Source: a virus
Taxonomy: Duplodnaviria; Caudoviricetes
Direction: 5' to 3' (one strand)
IMG/VR virus record: IMGVR_UViG_3300037790_000129
Coordinates: 3,502-67,501 of that record
Length of the DNA stretch: 64,000 nucleotides
Shown here: positions 44,573-54,416 of the stretch, one piece after another
Numbering within the stretch: position 1 is the first letter of the stretch
Layout: every line of letters begins with the position of its first letter
The notes under the pieces: model-generated
What the model saw: the letters and a program-made list of their open reading frames with translations, nothing else
Databases searched by the model: none
What the model was told of the DNA's origin: nothing
Translations under genes and position numbers: made by a program

Positions 44573-45096
44573 CAGAGGTAGTCCACATAACCGTTTTAGA
44601 TAACTTTTTGCAAGATCCGGAAGCGCATTTAGAGGACATAAATTCTAATGTATTTCAAGACTTTCAGGACGGAGAAAGAGTTTTTAAAAATATACAACTT
44701 AGGTCCGGTGATGAAGTAGAAAGTAAGTTGCTTAGTATAATTCAAGAATTTGATTGTAGTTACAATTTTGTAAGAAAATCGCCTAAGAGCCAAGAAGAAC
44801 CAAATTGGATTCACCACGATAAAATGATAGGCGATATGATTGCTATTCTATATTTAAACAAGGAGCATCCTGACGTTGCAGGAACTTCCATATTTAAACA
44901 CCAAGGTTCGTTTATAGGAAAGGAAGATCAACCAATTGTAGAAGATGCTACACCAACCATAAATATAGCTATGCAATTTAATAGAATGGTAGTGCTACCG
45001 GCCCACGTTTATCACGGTAGAAATATGGTTAACAATTTTGGTAAAGACAGTAATAGTAGAATGGTGCAAATACTATTCTTAAAAAAAACACAATAA
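44569..45096 (+). CDS. 2OG-Fe(II) oxygenase-like protein
   Basis: WIHHD (HxD), ILYLN, GTSIF, FNRMVV...YHGR. Confidence 0.75.
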   Translation: MTEVVHITVLDNFLQDPEAHLEDINSNVFQDFQDGERVFKNIQLRSGDEVESKLLSIIQEFDCSYNFVRKSPKSQEEPNWIHHDKMIGDMIAILYLNKEHPDVAGTSIFKHQGSFIGKEDQPIVEDATPTINIAMQFNRMVVLPAHVYHGRNMVNNFGKDSNSRMVQILFLKKTQ

Positions 45097-45097
45097 A

Positions 45098-45775
45098 ATG
45101 GCAGCAGTAACAACAGCAGTAGCGGGAGGTCTTGCACTTGCAGGAGGAGTAACTTCAACAGTTGCAGGTATCCAAAAGACCAAAGAAGGGAAAAACCTTA
45201 TGCAAAAAGGACAAAATGCTATAGATTCTTTTCAATGGCAAGATATTGACGGGGCCATACCTATAGCAACAGAAGGAACCGAATTAATGATGGAAGAGAA
45301 TGCTAGAACAGCAGCAACAACAATAGATGCGCTAGAAGCTAGTGGTAGTCGAGGAGTTTTGGGAGGAGCCGGTAAAGTTCAAGCCGCTACTAATGATCAA
45401 AACAGACAAGCAAGAGCATACTTGGACGATCAAATAATTAAGAAAGCCTACACTAAGCTAGGAATGACAGAGCAGCGACAAGCAGCAGAACTTGATGGTT
45501 ATGGCCAAATGATGAATGTAGGAATGGGAATGAAATATCAAGGCAGAGCTGATGTTTACAACGGTTTAATGAGTGCCGGAGAAAACATAATGGCTATGGG
45601 TTACACAAACGCAAACCTATTAGGAGGTCAAAATCCAAACGCCAATAGACCAAACGTATCAACAGTTAATGCTTTAACGCCAAATATGAATATGATGCCT
45701 TTAGGATCAACCGGTTTATCTCAACAAGGAGCAGGACAAATAGATTTGAGCTATGACGGTTCATTTGGTTTTTAA
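45098..45775 (+). CDS. Ejection (internal virion) protein 1
   Basis: G/A-rich hydrophobic N-terminus, Q/A-rich helices; position. Confidence 0.6.
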   Translation: MAAVTTAVAGGLALAGGVTSTVAGIQKTKEGKNLMQKGQNAIDSFQWQDIDGAIPIATEGTELMMEENARTAATTIDALEASGSRGVLGGAGKVQAATNDQNRQARAYLDDQIIKKAYTKLGMTEQRQAAELDGYGQMMNVGMGMKYQGRADVYNGLMSAGENIMAMGYTNANLLGGQNPNANRPNVSTVNALTPNMNMMPLGSTGLSQQGAGQIDLSYDGSFGF

Positions 45776-45808
45776 TTGGTTAATTGCAAAACATTAAAAT
45801 AGATTAAA

Positions 45809-47320
45809 ATGGCAGGAGGAGCAGCATATAGAAGATTACAAAAACCTAATGATGGTTTAAGTCAAAGCGCACAATATTGGGGCGGCCAAGCAGCGCGCAG
45901 AAACAATATGTTTTTGCGGAATAAACTTGCAGACGACAGAATAAAAGCAGCCGAAGCTAGAGAAGCGCAGAAAAAGTTTGATGAAGATTTTGCTACCAGT
46001 TTATCTGGCATAAAAGCTTTTGACACCAAAAATAATGACCTTAATACCTTGGTTATTCGCGGAGTTGAGCGAGCAAAAGAAAAGATGTATGAATATGCAA
46101 AAATAGCAGATCCAACAAATACTTCGGTTACACGAGAAGAGAGAATTCAAGCTATGGCCGAAATGAAAAAATTAGAAGCTATTCCGGAAAAGCTAAAGAT
46201 AATGTCAAGTCAAATAACTAAGCAAATTGAAGCTAATCAAGCAGGATTGGCTGAAGGTACACTTAGAGCAACACCGGAAGCAGATGATTTTATGAAGTCT
46301 GGATATGATTTAGGAGAAGATAATGAAGTGGTGAGCGATGTTTTTATTAAAGATGGAGAAGTTTTTTATGGATATAAAAACAAAGAAAACGGAAAAGTTC
46401 AAACTATATCTTTTAAGGAAGTTTCTAGCGGACAAATGCCAAGCTACCTACCAACTTGGAATAGAGAAGATGCTTTGGCAAAAGGTAATAAGCTAATGGG
46501 AACATTCACTAATACCAATCAAGAAGGTTTTACAACCACAGAAGATGTTACTATAAACCCACAAAGCCAAAAATTAGCAGAAGCTTTATCAAACAAAACA
46601 TTTTCGGTTTCTGAAAATGGAGAAAACAGTGTTCCTTTAAAAAATTACCTATTAGATATGGGCCTAGACCCTAACACTCAGATTGATGAACAGCAATTGC
46701 AAGAAATAAGAAGTCAATTTCAGCAAGACTTAGGAGCCAATTTAGAATTATCAAAAAGTAAAACTATTGATCAAGACGGTATTACTTCTCGTATGCGAGA
46801 AAACAGAGCCAAAAAGAAAGAAGAAGATCAATACTCTACACCAGAAATTGCCATTGATCAACAAACTGGAAAACCGGTTAAAAAGACCATAGAATTACAT
46901 AGCGCAAGTGATTTACCTACTAAACAAGAAGGTTATTTGGTAACATTTGATGGTGGAAATTCATTGATGCTTGAAGAAAATGAAAATGAAAAAACAGAGG
47001 TAGAAAATGTTACAGTTACCGACCAAGGTAAAGTTTTTGCTGATGTTCAAAAATTTAAAAGAGTTTATGATGATGCTACCGCTAAATACGAATGGAAAGA
47101 AGTTAAAAACAGAAGAGGCGGTGAATTAGGAATGGAGGAGTTAAGCGCACAAAAAGCTAACAACTTATTTAGAAATTCAACTCTTAGAAAAGAGAATGGA
47201 GATCGATTTAAAAACGCAAAAGAATTCGTTGACTACACTAAAGCGAAATACGAAAAGCAAGGTGGAAAAAGAAAACCACTAAGCGCAGAAGAAATTAGAA
47301 GAACTTACGGAACTGAATAA
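45809..47320 (+). CDS. Ejection (internal virion) protein 2
   Basis: 503-aa helical protein between ejection proteins 1 and 3. Confidence 0.55.
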   Translation: MAGGAAYRRLQKPNDGLSQSAQYWGGQAARRNNMFLRNKLADDRIKAAEAREAQKKFDEDFATSLSGIKAFDTKNNDLNTLVIRGVERAKEKMYEYAKIADPTNTSVTREERIQAMAEMKKLEAIPEKLKIMSSQITKQIEANQAGLAEGTLRATPEADDFMKSGYDLGEDNEVVSDVFIKDGEVFYGYKNKENGKVQTISFKEVSSGQMPSYLPTWNREDALAKGNKLMGTFTNTNQEGFTTTEDVTINPQSQKLAEALSNKTFSVSENGENSVPLKNYLLDMGLDPNTQIDEQQLQEIRSQFQQDLGANLELSKSKTIDQDGITSRMRENRAKKKEEDQYSTPEIAIDQQTGKPVKKTIELHSASDLPTKQEGYLVTFDGGNSLMLEENENEKTEVENVTVTDQGKVFADVQKFKRVYDDATAKYEWKEVKNRRGGELGMEELSAQKANNLFRNSTLRKENGDRFKNAKEFVDYTKAKYEKQGGKRKPLSAEEIRRTYGTE

Positions 47321-50300
47321 TGAGCAAAGTAACCAAACCCACACCGCAACAACTTAGTCAAGAAGAATACGATGCTAAGTTAGAGAAAAATGTAAATTTG
47401 ATGCTTGATAAGGGCGCGCCAGAGCAAGATGTAAAAGCTTATGTCAAAGATTTTAGTACGCGTTTTTCTGTAAAAAAAAAAGAAGAATCGAATTCTGCAC
47501 CACCTCAACAAAATTTGGGATCAAATGGGCTTACGGGAAACACTTCTTTGGCTTCACCCAAAATTCCTAAAGCACAAGAAAATGTTTTAAAGCTTCAAGA
47601 TCAAGCAGCAAAGGAAATCCAAAGGGAGTACAAACAGAAAGGTATTCAGGAGTATGAAATTTCTAACGAGCAAATTCAAAATCGCGTTTTAGAAATTGAA
47701 AACAGAGATACCAATTTAAAAAAAGAAAAAGCAGTTGAAAGTTCTAAAGAAGAAATAAATTGGTTTACAGATTTAAAAAACCAACTTAAAAGCGGTACTG
47801 CAGAAACACTTGCCGGATTGTATGGAATACCTATGTTTTTAGAAAAAATGAAAACTGGTATTGCTCTATCTATGATGCCAGATAAGTATAGTGAAGAGTT
47901 TAATAAATTGTCTGTTGATGATCGGGAAAACTTAATTAAGTTAATGAATCCTGAAAACAAGCTAGGTACAATTGTTGGCGATGATTTACAAGATCACTTT
48001 ACTCAAATTGCAGATAAAGCAGCAGAAAACACCATAAAGTTTGAAGGGAACATTGTTGATGATATTGCTAATGGAAACTACAATCAAGCAGCTTACAGAG
48101 TGGTTCAAGGCGCTACCAACTCATTACCTTCTTTAGTAGTTGCAGGTACACCAGGAGGATTTGTAATGCTAGGAGCAGGATCGGCTTCGCAAAAACAAGA
48201 AAGACTTGAACGAGAAGGCGAAAGTTTAGATATGAAGTCATTGGCCAACTCAACCGTAAATGGCGTTGTTGAGGGAGGATTTGAAAGAGTTACCGCAGGG
48301 ATGCTTAAACCTTTACGACAAATAGCACTTGGTAATAAAGAAGTCGCGAAAGAGGTTTCTGAAAGTTTGGTTAAAACCGTAATTAAAGATTTTGGGAAGG
48401 AATCGGCATCTGAAGCCGGAACGGTTGTCATACAAGAAACGGCCGATAAATTGTTTAAGGGAGAGGAAATTAGTCTAATTAATATTGCTAAAAACGCTGC
48501 AGATGCAGCTATAATTGGCGGAGTTATGGGTGGTGGAACCGGAGCTACTACCGGTTTAGCCGGATATATTGCTAACAAGCGTATGACACCCGAAAAAAAG
48601 GCTAAAATAATAGCCAACACAGAGCGCGCTTCAAAATTCAAAGAACAGTCAAAAAACCCTAATCTTGATGAAGAGATAAAAAAAAGCCTAGAAAACAAAG
48701 CTACAGAATTAGAATCTGAAGCAAACGCCATCATTGATGAAGAGATAAAAAAAGCTGAATCAATGACAGAGGAAGATACTAAAGAATTAGTACGCATTGA
48801 TGGTGAAATTTCTAAAGAAGTTAAAAACCTTCAAAAAATAGAAGATAGCGAACTAGATGAAGATTCTAAAGAAGATTTAATTAAGGACAAAAAAAATCAG
48901 ATTCAAAAACTTAAAGAAGAAAAGGATAAAATTGTAAATAAAGAAGTTGATGAAGCCGAAACACCAACCGAAGAAACAATTATTTATCATGGAACTGATA
49001 ATGAATTTGACAAATTCGATGACAATAAAATATCAAGTAAAAGCGGTAATAATGGTTTCTTAGGTAAAGGCACATACTTTACAAATAATAAAGATTTCGC
49101 AAGTAGATGGGGGAAAAGAATAGTAGCAAAAAAGCTAGATAAAAATTTAAAACTTTATAAGCATACTAAGAAACAAGCAGAGGAATTAGGTTTAGATCCT
49201 AACAAAAGCTTATTGGAGTTAACAAATTATGGCGAAAAAACTAATTACATAACTGAATTATTAAAATCGAACGGTTATGAAGGAGTTTATTTTAAACATA
49301 ATTCTAATGAAAGTGAATATATGATTTTTGATCCAAATTCACTAGAAAACTACAAAGATAATAATGAAAACCAAACGCCAACCGAAGAAACAACGCAGCC
49401 AGAGGTGGAAGAAGCAACACCTGAAACCGAAGTTGAACCAGAAGAAGTAAACCCGTCTGATTCGACACCTTTAGAAACTAATACCAATGAAACAACACCG
49501 GCAGAAAATACTCAACCTGATGGAGAAGTTCAATCTACAACTTCACCAAGTAACCCAAAACAACAAAACCAAGACGTACCGGCCCCCGTTGAACCTACAA
49601 CAAGTGAAAGAAAAACTGAAGTAGTAGAACCAAAAATAACTACCAAAAGGATAAAATCTCACAAAGGGGCCGAATATGATGTTGATTTTGATAATGAAGG
49701 CGAAGTAAAATCCATTAGAAGCGCCAAGACGGGAAAAGAAATAAAGAAGTGGCGCTATGATAAAAAAACTGGGAAACCAATAGGTAGAAACGCTAATTAT
49801 GCTAGAATTGAAGCAGATGCTTACGGAACGAAAACCGAAGGAAAAATAAATGAAGAGGATTTAGAAAAAAGAATGAAAGCGCTACACGAATTTATACCTT
49901 CAAATCCTTATGAAATAGCACTACACGCATTAGCTTCAGGAGTTGCAATAGATTTAGAAGATGCAAGTAAAGAAACTGGTGCCTCTAAATCTGAATTAAA
50001 ATGGGCTTCTGGTAACGGGTTTTCTAAAAAAGGAGAAAGACTTACCGTTGACCAATTAGCACACGCGTTATGGGAAGAATCTGATCTGGATTATGATACA
50101 TACGATATAAAAAACGCTATTATCGATGTTTTAAAAGAATTTAGCAGCGTAGTAAACGCTCAAGAACAAATACTGGAAATTACAGATCTAGAAACCGAAA
50201 AAGCGTTCGAAGAAGAGTTAAGAGCATCTATGTCTAACTGGACTCCGGAAGAATTCGCTATCTTTGAAGCAAATAGAGTAGATGATGAATTTATTGATCA

Positions 50301-53300
50301 ACTTACAGACGAAGAAGCTATTGAGTATTTTCAAGATAAACTAGATGAATATGAACAAGGACAACAAGCAACCATACAACAGCAAGAACAAGAAGCTATC
50401 ACGAGCAGACAGGCTCCTAGCGACAGCAATGAAGCGCAGAAAGGCGAAACAGAAAAAGAAACCAAACCAAAAGAATTAGATGAAGATAATTCTGACCAAG
50501 ACAACGATCAAGATCCTGACGATGATGTTCAGGCAATGGGTTTTACCGGTAAAAAGAAACCAAGAAATTTATCGTTAAGTGATGGTGGTCCAGTATTAGA
50601 ACAAAATAGATTTCAAAGAGTTTTTAAAAGATTTTGGAATAATACTTTTAAAACAAATCAAGGCGCCACAAAAGAGGTTGCTGAAACTATACGCTCTAAA
50701 GATCGCGAAGTGAGTGCTTTTACAGATGCTATTTCTTACGAAGCATCAAGACTGAAGAGCATCACTAAGTCTATAAAGAAAAAAAGCAAAAAGAAAATTA
50801 ATGAGCGTTTAAGAGCTGTAAATGACTATTTAAATGGCGATAAAAATGCAGATATTTCATTTTTAAACCCAAATCAAATTGCAGATTTAGATGCTTTAAG
50901 GTATAGAATTGACAGTTTATCAGATCAATTAAATACAAAAATCGAAAAACAGATTGAAGAAGCTGAAAAACAACTTCAAAAATACAAAGAAGGAAGTTTA
51001 GTGCATACCGCTATTTCTGAAAGCATTGCGCGTAAACAAGCTTTAATTGATACGATAAAATCTAATAAAGGAAAATATATTTACAGAAGTTATGAAGCTT
51101 TTAGTAATCCTAAATACTTAGAAGCCTTAATGAGTACACGACCCAATAAAGAGGAAAGAAGAAGAATACGAAACGCTGTAAATTATTTAATGCAAAACAG
51201 TAGTAATTTATTCGGAAGCCAAATTACTGAAGCTGAAGCCAGAAAACAGATTTTTGAGTATTTAGACAGCTTAAAAGGTAATAAAGATTTTATTACCGAA
51301 GTATCTAATGGAAAAGCTGACGATCCATTCCTTAAAAAAAGAAAAGATATACCAGAGCCAATTAGAGAATTGCTAGGAGAAGCTAAGGATCCTATTTACA
51401 ATTATGTAAACACTACATTTAAAATAAGCAATTATATAGCCAATTTAGAATATCAAGACAGGCTTCTTGAAGCGCTAAAAAATACTGGACTAGCAACTTA
51501 TGAAGGTAAAGAAGGCTATACTAAATTAGTGCCTGATAGTGAAGGGTGGAATACGTTGCACGGTATTTACGTTCCTATAGAAATGTCCGAATCAATAGCC
51601 GATTTACAACCTTTAAAAACCATTGAAGATGGCTTCTATAAATCCTGGGTAGCTCTTTCAGGATTAACTAAATTAGGAAAAACCGTACTCTCACCAACAA
51701 CTACCGCACGTAACGTGATTAGTGGTATATTTTTAGGACTTAATTCAGGTTTCTTTTTTATGAGTAATCCTAAGCGTACAGCAACAGCCGTTAGTCAAGC
51801 TTGGGGAACCGCTAAATCTAAAACTCAATTAAAAGCAGAACGTCAAAAATTAATTAAATTAGGTATTTTACTTGATGGAGCTGTTTCTGGTGAAATAATG
51901 GAAACATTAAACGATTTCAGTAAATCTATAGATCGATTAGTAAGTAAAAATCCATTAGAAAAAACAATGGAGATTTTACAAACAGCCTACGCAATGGGTG
52001 ATGATACTTATAAAGTTATAGGGTTTTATGAGTACAAAAATCGATATATGAAAGCAGGATTTACAGAAGTAGATGCGGAAGCTAAAGCTGCAGAAAGAAT
52101 AACAAACACATTCCCTACTTACAGTAAAATACCTAGAAACATTCAGAAGCTAAGGAGAATACCAGTTGTAGGAACCTTTGTTTCTTTCCCGTATGAAGCA
52201 ATAAGAACCACTAAAAACGGACTTGATTATATTATTGAAGATATTGAAGCCGGTAGAACAAAAATGGCAATGCAACAGGCCGCAGGTATGATGGTAGCTT
52301 CTGGAACCTTATTTGCACTTTCAGCTTTTACGCGTTCGATGTTTGGTTTTGATGATGAAGATGATGATAAAATTAGAGATATGTTGCCGGAATGGCAGAA
52401 AAACAGTACCCTTATATACACAGGAAGGGAAAATGGAAAACCTACTTTTATAGATGGTACTGCAATATTTCCGGCAGAAACCTACATAAAACCTTTACGT
52501 GTTTTATTTGAACAACGAGAGGGGAGAGATCTTAAAGATAAATTAAAAATTGCTACCCAAGAATTAGCAGCACCCTATTTAGGATTGGATATTTCTTTTA
52601 AAACTGCAACAGATTTATTGAGAAACAAAGATGAATATAGCCGCGATATTTATGAGGGAGAAAACTTAATAGATGGCATCGTAAATAATCCTGATAAAAT
52701 TACAGATTACATTTTGAAAAAAGCGGGGCCAGGTGTTTACAATAACTTTACTGAATTTATGCGAGCAAACGAAATAAATTCAGAATTCTTTGGAGATAAA
52801 TATACCAGTTATGGTAAAGAATATACCAACCAAGAAGCATTATTAGCTTTGTTTGGTTTTAGACTTTCTACTATTAATTACGCTAGTGGTATGACCGGTT
52901 TAGGTTATGAAGCAAAAGAAAAATACAATTTAGAGCGATCTGAAATAAGTCAAAAATTAAAATCTACTCGTAATATTGATGATGAAAAAATTCAGAAATT
53001 AGTTAATGACTATAAAAAAGAAAACGAGGAAATAAATAAAGGGATTATGATTTCTATAAAAGGCGCTCGTAAACTAGGAATGACTGATATAGAAATTAAA
53101 AAAGCTTTAAAATTAAGCGGTTATTCTCAAAGCGATTTAAGATACTTACTAAGAGGTGTAACCCCTCCTTTAAAAGATATAAGTAGAAGCAGCCAAAAAA
53201 GAACAAAAACAAAGTTAGAAATTAACTATAAAGGGCAAGACGATAAGAAGGAAATCGTTGTAGGAAACTATCAATCAAATATTAGAAAATTCAATGCCAA

Positions 53301-53379
53301 GGTGAGAAAAATTAACAGAGAAAATAGAAAAGCCTTGGCTAGTGAAAACCAAGGCAATAATCTTGTTATTTTTGAATAG
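47320..53379 (+). CDS. Large ejection / polyvalent protein with an ADP-ribosyltransferase-like domain
   Basis: 2019 aa; membrane-like G/A-rich segments; YHGT...GKGTYFT...ESEYMIFD module; C-terminal FPTY..IP...RR.P..G.FVSF..E pattern. Confidence 0.75.
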   Translation: MSKVTKPTPQQLSQEEYDAKLEKNVNLMLDKGAPEQDVKAYVKDFSTRFSVKKKEESNSAPPQQNLGSNGLTGNTSLASPKIPKAQENVLKLQDQAAKEIQREYKQKGIQEYEISNEQIQNRVLEIENRDTNLKKEKAVESSKEEINWFTDLKNQLKSGTAETLAGLYGIPMFLEKMKTGIALSMMPDKYSEEFNKLSVDDRENLIKLMNPENKLGTIVGDDLQDHFTQIADKAAENTIKFEGNIVDDIANGNYNQAAYRVVQGATNSLPSLVVAGTPGGFVMLGAGSASQKQERLEREGESLDMKSLANSTVNGVVEGGFERVTAGMLKPLRQIALGNKEVAKEVSESLVKTVIKDFGKESASEAGTVVIQETADKLFKGEEISLINIAKNAADAAIIGGVMGGGTGATTGLAGYIANKRMTPEKKAKIIANTERASKFKEQSKNPNLDEEIKKSLENKATELESEANAIIDEEIKKAESMTEEDTKELVRIDGEISKEVKNLQKIEDSELDEDSKEDLIKDKKNQIQKLKEEKDKIVNKEVDEAETPTEETIIYHGTDNEFDKFDDNKISSKSGNNGFLGKGTYFTNNKDFASRWGKRIVAKKLDKNLKLYKHTKKQAEELGLDPNKSLLELTNYGEKTNYITELLKSNGYEGVYFKHNSNESEYMIFDPNSLENYKDNNENQTPTEETTQPEVEEATPETEVEPEEVNPSDSTPLETNTNETTPAENTQPDGEVQSTTSPSNPKQQNQDVPAPVEPTTSERKTEVVEPKITTKRIKSHKGAEYDVDFDNEGEVKSIRSAKTGKEIKKWRYDKKTGKPIGRNANYARIEADAYGTKTEGKINEEDLEKRMKALHEFIPSNPYEIALHALASGVAIDLEDASKETGASKSELKWASGNGFSKKGERLTVDQLAHALWEESDLDYDTYDIKNAIIDVLKEFSSVVNAQEQILEITDLETEKAFEEELRASMSNWTPEEFAIFEANRVDDEFIDQLTDEEAIEYFQDKLDEYEQGQQATIQQQEQEAITSRQAPSDSNEAQKGETEKETKPKELDEDNSDQDNDQDPDDDVQAMGFTGKKKPRNLSLSDGGPVLEQNRFQRVFKRFWNNTFKTNQGATKEVAETIRSKDREVSAFTDAISYEASRLKSITKSIKKKSKKKINERLRAVNDYLNGDKNADISFLNPNQIADLDALRYRIDSLSDQLNTKIEKQIEEAEKQLQKYKEGSLVHTAISESIARKQALIDTIKSNKGKYIYRSYEAFSNPKYLEALMSTRPNKEERRRIRNAVNYLMQNSSNLFGSQITEAEARKQIFEYLDSLKGNKDFITEVSNGKADDPFLKKRKDIPEPIRELLGEAKDPIYNYVNTTFKISNYIANLEYQDRLLEALKNTGLATYEGKEGYTKLVPDSEGWNTLHGIYVPIEMSESIADLQPLKTIEDGFYKSWVALSGLTKLGKTVLSPTTTARNVISGIFLGLNSGFFFMSNPKRTATAVSQAWGTAKSKTQLKAERQKLIKLGILLDGAVSGEIMETLNDFSKSIDRLVSKNPLEKTMEILQTAYAMGDDTYKVIGFYEYKNRYMKAGFTEVDAEAKAAERITNTFPTYSKIPRNIQKLRRIPVVGTFVSFPYEAIRTTKNGLDYIIEDIEAGRTKMAMQQAAGMMVASGTLFALSAFTRSMFGFDDEDDDKIRDMLPEWQKNSTLIYTGRENGKPTFIDGTAIFPAETYIKPLRVLFEQREGRDLKDKLKIATQELAAPYLGLDISFKTATDLLRNKDEYSRDIYEGENLIDGIVNNPDKITDYILKKAGPGVYNNFTEFMRANEINSEFFGDKYTSYGKEYTNQEALLALFGFRLSTINYASGMTGLGYEAKEKYNLERSEISQKLKSTRNIDDEKIQKLVNDYKKENEEINKGIMISIKGARKLGMTDIEIKKALKLSGYSQSDLRYLLRGVTPPLKDISRSSQKRTKTKLEINYKGQDDKKEIVVGNYQSNIRKFNAKVRKINRENRKALASENQGNNLVIFE
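48959..49393 (+). repeat. 21-bp direct repeats (20/21 identical) flanking the ART-like domain
   Basis: AAACACCAACCGAAGAAACAA at 48959-48979 and AAACGCCAACCGAAGAAACAA at 49373-49393; offset 414 bp (in frame). Confidence 0.9.
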
Positions 53380-53799
53380 CTACCTTACAAAAAAGTAACT
53401 GTCAGAATCTATTTTTAAAACCAATTCATTGGAGCTTACACTTTCTATGCTGTAGTTGAAAACATCACCAAATTCATCGGTAATCACCAATTCATTTTCA
53501 TCTTGGTTGTAAGTGTAAGTTCCTTCAACGTAAATATCGTTGATGCAACCCTTGTTAGGATGGTCATAAAAATAACTTTCTACGGTATTTCCGTTTTTAC
53601 TAAATTGTAAATATCCATTCTGTTCACAGTTATCGGCCGTATATATTTCGCCATCACTATATTTTGTATGGCTTACAAACCAACGGTCGATTATTTCTGT
53701 TTCAAAATTAGCTTGAGAAGTCTTGGCGTTGCTAGAATCATCATCACTACAGCTAAAAAATAGTGTGATTGCCAAACATAGTAATAAGACTTTTTTCAT
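53380..53799 (-). CDS. Lipocalin-like lipoprotein (moron)
   Basis: Lipobox LFFSC followed by SDDDS; II.RW; G.Y.Y...EL.I beta-barrel pattern. Confidence 0.8.
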   Translation of the reverse strand: MKKVLLLCLAITLFFSCSDDDSSNAKTSQANFETEIIDRWFVSHTKYSDGEIYTADNCEQNGYLQFSKNGNTVESYFYDHPNKGCINDIYVEGTYTYNQDENELVITDEFGDVFNYSIESVSSNELVLKIDSDSYFFVR

Positions 53800-53927
53800 A
53801 GATTAAATTTAAAAATTATTAATAATAATACGATAGTAATTATAAAACCCCAGAAACCAAATAAGGCGGTTACAAAGCAAATTAACGCAATGATATTTAG
53901 TAAAGGGCTGTTTCCATAGTGTTTCAT
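53796..53927 (-). CDS. Small membrane protein (43 aa, not in ORF track)
   Basis: MKHYGNSPLLNIIALICFVTALFGFWGFIITIVLLLIIFKFNL; ATGA-coupled to the lipoprotein. Confidence 0.55.
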   Translation of the reverse strand: MKHYGNSPLLNIIALICFVTALFGFWGFIITIVLLLIIFKFNL

Positions 53928-53931
53928 AGGT

Positions 53932-53964
53932 CAAATATAAGTGTTAAAAAAACAAAGGAGCAAA
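53932..53964 (-). promoter_or_regulatory. Moron promoter (predicted leaderless transcript)
   Basis: TTTG-N21-TATATTTG ending 4 nt before the ATG at 53927. Confidence 0.65.
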
Positions 53965-53982
53965 TAATTTTGCTCCTTTGTT
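53946..53982 (-). terminator. Terminator of the replication operon
   Basis: AACAAAGGAGCAAA-taat-TTTGCTCCTTTGTT with a minus-strand U-run. Confidence 0.8.
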
Positions 53983-53989
53983 AATGATC

Positions 53990-54412
53990 CTAATTTCCTG
54001 TGCTTCCGTAACCGCCATCACCACGGGAGGTTTTTATGAGATTTTCAACAAACTCAAATTCAATTTTATTTACTTTTTCAAGATGAATTTGTATAATTCT
54101 ATCACCAACATTGTAAGGTTTTAGGTTTTTTAATACGTGATAAAAAACAGCCTTATACTCACCTGTATATCCTTGATCACCGGTACCAATACAATTACTT
54201 AAAATTAGTCCGGTTTTATGAATAGAGCTTCTGGATCTTAAATCTAGTCTAGTACCTTCAGGTAATTCTGCTGAAAAGCCTAAACCATATACAATTCTGC
54301 CATCCCCTAAATCCTCTTTTGAAGTTGCTACTAGATCAAAACAAGCATCTGTATTATGCTTTTTAAAAGGGTTCTTGAATTCTGAATTTAGTTTTTTAAT
54401 TTTAATTTTCAT
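53990..54412 (-). CDS. dut: Trimeric dUTPase
   Basis: ACFDL, RSRSS, GTGDQGYTGE, RIIQI and SRGDGGYGSTG motifs; start MKIKIK at 54412. Confidence 0.92.
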   Translation of the reverse strand: MKIKIKKLNSEFKNPFKKHNTDACFDLVATSKEDLGDGRIVYGLGFSAELPEGTRLDLRSRSSIHKTGLILSNCIGTGDQGYTGEYKAVFYHVLKNLKPYNVGDRIIQIHLEKVNKIEFEFVENLIKTSRGDGGYGSTGN

Positions 54413-54416
54413 TTTA

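Noticed and set aside
47472-47481. A10 tract early in the giant ejection gene as a phase-variation switch
   Set aside because: It encodes part of VKKKE in an AT-rich genome with many A-runs; no evidence of variation without reads.
49678-49692. DVDFD (DxDxD) in the 2019-aa ejection protein as a crAss-type virion RNA polymerase active site
   Set aside because: It sits in a short beta-hairpin next to a low-complexity linker, and no double-psi-barrel context is recognisable.
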